From: a virus | DNA: 64,000 nt | Reading direction: 5' to 3' (one strand) | Virus record (IMG/VR): IMGVR_UViG_3300027710_000023 | Shown: in pieces, positions 57,724 through 64,000 of the stretch | Numbering within the stretch: position 1 is the stretch's first letter | Layout of the letters: the number at the start of each line of letters is the position of its first letter | Translations under genes and position numbers: made by a program | The notes under the pieces: generated by a model | What the model was told of the DNA's origin: nothing | Seen by the model: only the letters and a program-made list of their open reading frames with translations | Databases searched by the model: none

Positions 57724-57955
57724 ATTAATTCCTTAGATGGGTGCTATACACGACCGTGACAACTGCCGGAGACTCCGTTAGCCCTAAAGGTCATAGTGTA
57801 TAGCGATTTATAGGGTCAAAACCAAAGAACCATAGTTAGGTGTTATTTGTGTTTAACTTAACTTCCGATTCTAATCTGGTACTTGCTACGAGAGCTTAAC
57901 TGTCACAACACAGTCTTACAATAGCGTTTTCCCTTCAGCCAGTCGCCTTATGGAT

Positions 57956-58258
57956 TCATTTTATATCAGTTAATTGATTCAACTGTTTTACAGCAACTAA
58001 AGCTGTATTAAGCAAAACAATTTGCTCTTTAATACGTTCTTCAACAGTTGGAAATGGATAATCAAGTGCTTTGTATTCTAAATAGTTATTAGATACATCG
58101 TAATAACTTTGGATCATTTCAACAGGTACTGTCATGATATTACCAAAGTCACTAAGTACAATAAAATGACCATTACCTGTTTCATTAATAATAATAGCAT
58201 TAGTGTGTGCTTGACTATTATTAGTACAAAGTATTGTACCTACGGCATATTTACTCAT
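57956..58258 (-). CDS. hypothetical protein
   Basis: 100-aa ORF. Confidence 0.35.
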   Translation of the reverse strand: MSKYAVGTILCTNNSQAHTNAIIINETGNGHFIVLSDFGNIMTVPVEMIQSYYDVSNNYLEYKALDYPFPTVEERIKEQIVLLNTALVAVKQLNQLTDIK

Positions 58259-58761
58259 TTTATTTTACCTGCTTCATAATCACGTAACCACTTTTTACTT
58301 TTAGTCCAACGTTGAAGTTTACCTTTACGTTTAGAGTTTTTTTGTTGTTCTTCTAAAATATAATCAAATATTCTTCTTTTAGCATACATCTTAATACGAG
58401 GACTATTTGCTGTCTTAAGTTCAAGCTTAAACCAATTTAATGTTCTTCTTCGTTTAACATACTCAGATTTAGTTAATTTAGGTTGATTACTTTCTTTATA
58501 AAAGTTTTGCCAACTGTAAGATCTTTTTTCTTCCCATTCATTAAGAATAACATCAAGTGTGGTATTCTTATGGTAAGCATAGTGAGTAGCACGAGCAATT
58601 ACCCATTGAAATTTGGTTTTTGCTTGTTTCTTTTCTCTTTCAACGTAGTAAGTGTTTTTATCACCTTTGTAACGTTGTAACTTTTGTAAGTCTTTTTCAT
58701 ATGTAGCTTTTAAGGACTTATAACCAAAAGACTGACATACTGTTTTCCAATCTATTTTCAT
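58255..58761 (-). CDS. highly basic Lys/Arg-rich protein (putative nucleic-acid binding)
   Basis: 168 aa with a very high K/R content. ATGA overlap with its neighbour. Confidence 0.4.
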   Translation of the reverse strand: MKIDWKTVCQSFGYKSLKATYEKDLQKLQRYKGDKNTYYVEREKKQAKTKFQWVIARATHYAYHKNTTLDVILNEWEEKRSYSWQNFYKESNQPKLTKSEYVKRRRTLNWFKLELKTANSPRIKMYAKRRIFDYILEEQQKNSKRKGKLQRWTKSKKWLRDYEAGKIK

Positions 58762-58773
58762 AAGTCCTCTTAT

Positions 58774-59097
58774 TTATTTCTCTGGTTTAACTAAGATTAC
58801 TTCAGCAATACCAATAAAACCGTCATTACCAAAAGTACTTTTATGTTTATTAATGACTTTTTTAGTTTGTGGGAAATTTGATACCATATATTTTTGATTA
58901 GGGTATTCGTAAGCATAAACAAAACCTAATGATTTTGGTTTAGCTTGTTTAAAAAGCCTATTGATATCTTCATTAATTGTGTATATACGGTTTTGTTCTT
59001 TAACATGATTTAATTCATAGTTAAGAGCTTTAATTTCTTTAAAACAATATAAATTAAACAATACAGATACAACTAATGCAATTGCAATAGGTTCCAT
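58774..59097 (-). CDS. small protein with N-terminal signal/TM helix
   Basis: 107 aa. Hydrophobic N-terminus MEPIAIALVVSVLFNLY. Confidence 0.35.
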   Translation of the reverse strand: MEPIAIALVVSVLFNLYCFKEIKALNYELNHVKEQNRIYTINEDINRLFKQAKPKSLGFVYAYEYPNQKYMVSNFPQTKKVINKHKSTFGNDGFIGIAEVILVKPEK

Positions 59098-59289
59098 AAC
59101 AAATTCCTTAATGTTGAATTAGTGCCAACTAAATATCTAACTAGTAATACCAATTAGTATTTTGCGCTATGCCTCGTCGTTGTGGCCCCGACCCTCCTTA
59201 CGTGTAGCACCCACGCTATAGCCTACCCCTTAACTATAGATAACTCTGTTTACGACAGTAAGATGTCAGCTAGGGCGTTGAACTGGTAC

Positions 59290-59499
59290 TTAATTTATTG
59301 GTTCAATTTCATTAGGTGTACAGTAGTAAAACTTTTCATTTTTAAAGATCCAATTAGATAAAGTTAATTTTACTTGTACACGTAAACAAGTTAATGGATC
59401 ATATGCACTATCAATGTATGTAGTTCTATTACCCATGTATTCAAAACCAGTGATATAACCCTCACCATGAGGTACTTTTACTTTATCACCTAATTGCAT
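59290..59499 (-). CDS. hypothetical protein
   Basis: 69-aa ORF. Confidence 0.3.
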   Translation of the reverse strand: MQLGDKVKVPHGEGYITGFEYMGNRTTYIDSAYDPLTCLRVQVKLTLSNWIFKNEKFYYCTPNEIEPIN

Positions 59500-59501
59500 A
59501 A

Positions 59502-60218
59502 CTATTCCTTTGGTAATTGTAGAAGACCTGCTTTATAAAGCATTTTGGCTAAATTAGCAATATTACTATTATCATTAATTTGCCATTCATGAATAACAAT
59601 ACAGGCTTTATTAACTAACAAAGATTTTTGTTTCTCTTCTTCTTTTGTTTTTAAGTAATCACTAATAACTTTTTCTAAGTGAATATTGTTTTCACTTAAA
59701 ATAAAATCAAACTCTTCTTCTGTTAAGTTAGAAACAAGATCAAGTAATTTTTTTAAGTTTGTTTTTATACTTTTTTTAGAATGTTGATTCGGATTACCGA
59801 GATAACTAACATCTCTAGGTTGATACTTCGGATCAATAATTTTAAAAGAAGTAACACCTTCCCAATTAAGTTGATGAAACCAACATTCAGCAGATGTAAA
59901 ACCATCCCACCATTCAATTTTAATTTTTGGTTTAATATTTGGTTTTGTACCATTGTAATTATAGCGAATACCCCAACGATAACCGTCGATATAACCTAAT
60001 TCTTTAGCAGTAAATTCAAAGATGTTACGATCACAGACTAAACTAAAGTATTCTTTGTCATAAGCAGTACTACCAAAGACAAAATCATTTATTTGGTAAT
60101 CTTCTACAGATTTAGTACAAATTAATAAAACTTCTTTCTCTGAGGTGTGTATGGTTACATTAGACCATAAACCCTTATGTTCATGTACAGCTAATTCAAT
60201 TAATTCTTGTGTTGTCAT
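59502..60218 (-). CDS. hypothetical protein
   Basis: 238 aa. AAGGA RBS upstream of the ATG. Confidence 0.4.
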   Translation of the reverse strand: MTTQELIELAVHEHKGLWSNVTIHTSEKEVLLICTKSVEDYQINDFVFGSTAYDKEYFSLVCDRNIFEFTAKELGYIDGYRWGIRYNYNGTKPNIKPKIKIEWWDGFTSAECWFHQLNWEGVTSFKIIDPKYQPRDVSYLGNPNQHSKKSIKTNLKKLLDLVSNLTEEEFDFILSENNIHLEKVISDYLKTKEEEKQKSLLVNKACIVIHEWQINDNSNIANLAKMLYKAGLLQLPKE

Positions 60219-60228
60219 TTATGGATTC

Positions 60229-60262
60229 CTTAAAAACAAAAAGGAACCATAAAGGTTCCATA
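60229..60262 (-). terminator. rho-independent terminator (minus strand) just upstream of the 59502..60218 start
   Basis: On the minus strand, ggaacc ttta tggttcc followed by tttttgttttt. Confidence 0.5.
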
Positions 60263-61043
60263 ATAGGCAATGAGCTGGCTATCTCTGCGATAGCACCAAA
60301 CCGGAAAGGCTTCGGGTTTGCTTAACAGCATGACCTGCGCATTCAGCTCATTGGTTTGATGCTTTAAACTCGCTTACAGGCCACCAAGGCTCAGGCGAAT
60401 CGAACGCTTCCCGTCCACGCATCTAAAACACCAAACCAATAAACTAAAGTTGCTGGTTACGTTATCCAGCGTTAATAATGAAGTAGCATTATTAACCGTA
60501 CTGATTCAATCGTCTTAGAGGTTGACAACCATCAGTTGCAGACATTATTACCGCTTATCAACGTCCTTTACTGTCAGCAAAGGCTTCAGCTTCCCGTTAC
60601 AAGGCGTGGATTACCATCATCTGCTGGGACACCATCTTTATCGCGCATGGCGATGTTACACATGAAGCACCTTGATACTTCTGTCTGATGTTTACATCAC
60701 CACTTATCTCTAGGCATGAGAACAAGTACACAATGATTTAAGATGTAAACACCAGACAGAAATACCTAAAAACCTAGTATAAGTATTTCTGGGTTATTTA
60801 AACCAGTAACCAAGGTTGAGTTTTTTAACAAGCTGTATGTACACCAAAACAGTTAATTTCATAATGGACTTACTACTTACGATGCCAGTAGTAGGCTAAA
60901 TCAGTCGATGTTGTTTCATTTGCTAATATTCCTGGGTTTTAATAAAATTAGTCTAAACAACCTTCATTGTAGCTGACATTACTGCCACCGCCACCAACAC
61001 AAGTTAATCCCAATATTCTTCACACATTACACCCCCTATAGTG

Positions 61044-61071
61044 TTAAAAAAGACCGGTATTTCTACCGGTC
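61044..61071 (-). terminator. rho-independent terminator (minus strand) after 61151..61678
   Basis: gaccggta gaaa taccggtc followed by tttttt on the minus strand. Confidence 0.6.
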
Positions 61072-61150
61072 AAAACAAGGACACATCAACAGCGTCAGTT
61101 CCCTGACCCCTGCACTATATATGTAGGGCTATAAGCTGTCCAGAATTGAT

Positions 61151-61678
61151 TTACAGCGATTGTTTATTGCCCCGTGCTCTTGGCCTGCGTGGCTTACGAG
61201 CAACGGTTACACGGCCATCAGACACTGTTACAGTGCCTTGTGATTTTGAGTCAGCCACAGGATCTGTCTGAGGCTTATCAGCTTCTTTGGCACCAGTAGC
61301 AAATAACAGTTGTTCAGATAAAGTATTAACTTTAGTTACTAACTGTGTATTATCTTCAATATACACGTTAATTCTGGTTTGAAGAATGTCATTTGCTTTT
61401 TGATTAGCATCAGCCATATTTTTGTAATGGTTTACTTCATTACGTGAATCTTCAAGACGATTTAACGTTGATTGATGTATATCACTGTTATCTCTGATCA
61501 TTTGATTAAGAGATTTAACTCTGTCGTTGTACTCTTTATAAAGAGAGTTAGTAGTCTCTTTACTGTTTTCTAACTCGATAATTAAATCAAGCTTAGTACG
61601 TTTTTCTTTTTCAATTAGTAAAGCTAAACTAATTGTCAATACTGACAATAAAGCAATCATCATATATTCAAACATCAT
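61151..61678 (-). CDS. membrane-anchored coiled-coil protein with basic C-terminus
   Basis: N-terminal TM helix. Heptad-rich middle. RKPRRPRARGNK tail. Confidence 0.4.
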   Translation of the reverse strand: MMFEYMMIALLSVLTISLALLIEKEKRTKLDLIIELENSKETTNSLYKEYNDRVKSLNQMIRDNSDIHQSTLNRLEDSRNEVNHYKNMADANQKANDILQTRINVYIEDNTQLVTKVNTLSEQLLFATGAKEADKPQTDPVADSKSQGTVTVSDGRVTVARKPRRPRARGNKQSL

Positions 61679-62025
61679 TCCACTCCTACGTATGGTAAAT
61701 CTAAATCAATTAACTGATTGATTTGATCTAAGGTTAATACACAGTACTTTGTTGTGATTTCTTTAGCTGTTGCTTCAGTAAAGTCTTCAATAAACGAAGG
61801 TACATTTGCTACAGGAACCAACATACTTAAAGTAATTGGTTTACCATCTAAACTATGAGTAGTTGCATTAACTACTTCAAAATCATCTTTTACAATGCCT
61901 GTAGCTTGTATTAATAGTTGTCTTACTAATGGTGTTGTAGCACCAGAGTCAACTAAATTAATATTAGCCATGAAGCCTTTACAAAAGACAATCTTATTCA
62001 AGATTTGTGTCATTTTATTCTCCAA
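61675..62025 (-). CDS. hypothetical protein
   Basis: 116-aa ORF with ATGA overlap. Confidence 0.4.
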   Translation of the reverse strand: MENKMTQILNKIVFCKGFMANINLVDSGATTPLVRQLLIQATGIVKDDFEVVNATTHSLDGKPITLSMLVPVANVPSFIEDFTEATAKEITTKYCVLTLDQINQLIDLDLPYVGVE

Positions 62026-62044
62026 TTACAAGCGCCGGAGGTGC

Positions 62045-62719
62045 TTATTTGTTTTTACGTACAATACGATCATCAGTGTTATTTGCATTAACTGATTCAC
62101 GTAAGTAGTGTCGATGACCAAAAAACTTAATCTTTTCTGCATCACGTAATGAAGTGTTACCAGATTTCTCTAAACCAAGAGTACGAGCAGCAGCTGTACG
62201 CCAAATAGCTTTAAAAGCATTGGCTTCAGCATATGTCATATTTAAAGATTCCATAATATCACCACACTCTGCAATATATGGAACTTGTGTCTCAGTTATA
62301 GGATGAGTAACACCAACACGGTAGTAATCACAAGCAAAACCAGATTGTTCTGGTACTGGTTCGATTCTTGGATCAATATTAAAATGTGTTTTCATACCTG
62401 AACCAGTAAGGTAAAGACTAGTGTCTTCTTTTTTAGGTGATTCAGTACCAACAACAAAAGGATATTCTTTTACTTTTGGTTCAGTAACTTCACGTAAATT
62501 CAATGCTTCAACAATACTTAGTAATAACTTATTAGTAATATTACTACTGTGTTTCCATTTGTCGTTACCAACTAAATACAAAGCATAGTCGTGTTCAGAT
62601 TCTGAAGATAACTTATAAGTTACTTCAGGTTGTGGTATAACCACATAACCTAATTCATGTAAATAATCTACATCATCTACATTAATAGTGTACATTGTAC
62701 TTTTTTCAAAAGGTTTCAT
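62045..62719 (-). CDS. hypothetical protein
   Basis: 224-aa ORF. Confidence 0.4.
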   Translation of the reverse strand: MKPFEKSTMYTINVDDVDYLHELGYVVIPQPEVTYKLSSESEHDYALYLVGNDKWKHSSNITNKLLLSIVEALNLREVTEPKVKEYPFVVGTESPKKEDTSLYLTGSGMKTHFNIDPRIEPVPEQSGFACDYYRVGVTHPITETQVPYIAECGDIMESLNMTYAEANAFKAIWRTAAARTLGLEKSGNTSLRDAEKIKFFGHRHYLRESVNANNTDDRIVRKNK

Positions 62720-62723
62720 TAAT

Positions 62724-63065
62724 TTACTCCTGAAATACTAATATTTCATCCTGTGCAACAGGATGTGTGGATAAAGCAATTAAATCATTAGTTGAAAACA
62801 ATAAAACTGTATGCTGAAAATAAGTTATGTTTTCAACAAGTTTTCTAATTCTGTTGTTAATATCTACACATATTACTAAACCCGCATGTTCATATACAGG
62901 AACCAATAACATATCAGAATCAATATCACCTAAATAGTATATTGGTATTCTAGTATGTGAATTTAGGTTATTGCCTGTAACAGTATACGTTTTTCTCCCT
63001 GTATTAACAGGGAGCAACAAGTAATTATTTTTGCACAGTGGAGTAGGCACTTGTAAGGTAATCAT
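62724..63065 (-). CDS. hypothetical protein
   Basis: 113-aa ORF. Confidence 0.35.
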   Translation of the reverse strand: MITLQVPTPLCKNNYLLLPVNTGRKTYTVTGNNLNSHTRIPIYYLGDIDSDMLLVPVYEHAGLVICVDINNRIRKLVENITYFQHTVLLFSTNDLIALSTHPVAQDEILVFQE

Positions 63066-63720
63066 ACACTAATCCATATACATTAGATGTATTAGCCATA
63101 TCCAAGTTATCAATGAAGTTCATTAAGAAGTAGTTATCTTCTTTATCACCTTCAGCATCAGATTCCCAGATCTTTTGATAAGTACCTTGCTTATAGCCGT
63201 TATTTGCACGGAAAGCATTTAATGCATTCTTTGCAATATAACCTTTGTACAGATCTTCCCATGACAGTTCAGCTTGCTCACACAAGCTAGCAAAACACAT
63301 AAACATAGGTGTAGGTTGCTCAGTTACCATATAATAAAGCATACTGTAATTTGCTGCGGCAAATTTAGGTTTTTCTTCTGTTTCACCAGCATAACTCATT
63401 GCTTTAACAATGCTTTGAGCTAACTTGTCTAAATCTAATTCTTTGTCTTTTTCAATTACAAAAGAAGTAAGAAAATGGTAAATATCAATAAGTTCTAAAC
63501 GAACATTATTCATATCTGGTGTTTGTTTCTTCCACCATTTATAACCATAAGATTCCATCATTTCAGCAGATTCACATAGTACTGCTGTTTCCCAGTCTTG
63601 TCCTGCTGTTTTCCAATCAGGATTAACTTGTGTGTTGAATTGATCTTGTAATACCAACAGTTCTTTAACTTGTTGGATCGTTACTTGTGTTGCATTCTTC
63701 ATTGTGTTGATCAGGGACAT
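63025..63720 (-). CDS. all-alpha NTP pyrophosphohydrolase-like protein (dimeric dUTPase/MazG-like)
   Basis: WETAVLCESAEMMESYGYKWWKK and ELIDIYHF motifs resemble dimeric-dUTPase/MazG-type metal-binding helices. Confidence 0.35.
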   Translation of the reverse strand: MSLINTMKNATQVTIQQVKELLVLQDQFNTQVNPDWKTAGQDWETAVLCESAEMMESYGYKWWKKQTPDMNNVRLELIDIYHFLTSFVIEKDKELDLDKLAQSIVKAMSYAGETEEKPKFAAANYSMLYYMVTEQPTPMFMCFASLCEQAELSWEDLYKGYIAKNALNAFRANNGYKQGTYQKIWESDAEGDKEDNYFLMNFIDNLDMANTSNVYGLVYDYLTSAYSTVQK

Positions 63721-64000
63721 TCCAAGCTCCTAAAGCTTCAAATACACGAGCAATATGCTCTTCTGTTAAATCCACATCTACTATAGTTGTGAACCATCCT
63801 GCGGTGATAAACCGCTCTTTATTAAACGTTTTCAACATTTCTTGATGACGTTCATTGAACTTAGCAGCAAGATCATTCTGTAAACAACGAGTACCAATGT
63901 ATTCAACTTTTAAATCCATGTAACCACGGCTAGAGTCCTTATTTTTCATACCAAATACACCATAGTGCATTAAGTAATGGAACGGTAACTCTCTTAGATC
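63665..64000 (-). CDS. hypothetical protein, probably truncated by the window end
   Basis: Reading frame is open to the window edge. Overlaps the previous gene by 56 nt. Confidence 0.3.
   Translation of the reverse strand, partial: DLRELPFHYLMHYGVFGMKNKDSSRGYMDLKVEYIGTRCLQNDLAAKFNERHQEMLKTFNKERFITAGWFTTIVDVDLTEEHIARVFEALGAWNVPDQHNEECNTSNDPTS

Noticed and set aside
60385-60405. tRNA-like T-arm on the minus strand (GCG TTCGATT CGC)
   Set aside because: No matching 7-bp acceptor stem. The needed aaggctc complement is absent within 100 nt, and the T-stem has an A-C mismatch. It does not assemble into a cloverleaf.
1-64000. CRISPR arrays, rRNA, integrase/attachment sites
   Set aside because: No regularly spaced direct repeats and no recombinase-like ORFs were seen. 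The genome appears strictly lytic.

Overview
This 64-kb window reads as most of the genome of a virulent N4-like podovirus (Schitoviridae-type architecture), AT-rich, with tightly packed genes and many ATGA start/stop overlaps. The plus strand from 1 to 32.4 kb is a late/virion module. It starts with the 3' part of a terminase large subunit gene that is cut off by the window edge. It then carries two paralogous tail-fibre/receptor-binding genes and a lysis cassette (two holin-like membrane proteins, an SLT-domain endolysin, and an Rz/Rz1 embedded spanin pair). A small accessory island follows with a DUF1353 protein and a stand-alone CheY-like receiver-domain protein. Next come a 946-aa structural protein, portal, scaffold, major capsid, several internal virion proteins and a 3306-aa giant virion-RNA-polymerase-like gene. 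From 32.4 to 49.1 kb a minus-strand module converges on it, mostly DNA metabolism. It encodes a RuvC-like resolvase, SSB, an AAA_24 ATPase, a primase-like protein, a Cas4-like PD-(D/E)XK nuclease, ThyX, a family-A DNA polymerase, a Dda/RecD-like helicase, a MoxR ATPase + vWA/HExxH pair and a triple-HTH protein. A plus-strand four-gene island (49.2-52.1 kb) carries a lectin-like protein with about ten tandem 22-aa repeats. From 52.1 to 64 kb a minus-strand region of small early-type genes includes an SPFH/band-7 lipoprotein and several zinc-ribbon proteins. This region is interrupted by a reverse-oriented two-gene cassette (a Gly/Gln-rich protein plus a 55-aa ORF), three long-stem/large-loop hairpin elements and a 930-bp ORF-free structured region. 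No rRNA or CRISPR was found. One tRNA-like T-loop was examined and rejected. All functional calls rest on motifs I can read in the translated ORFs and on gene order. No database searches were run.
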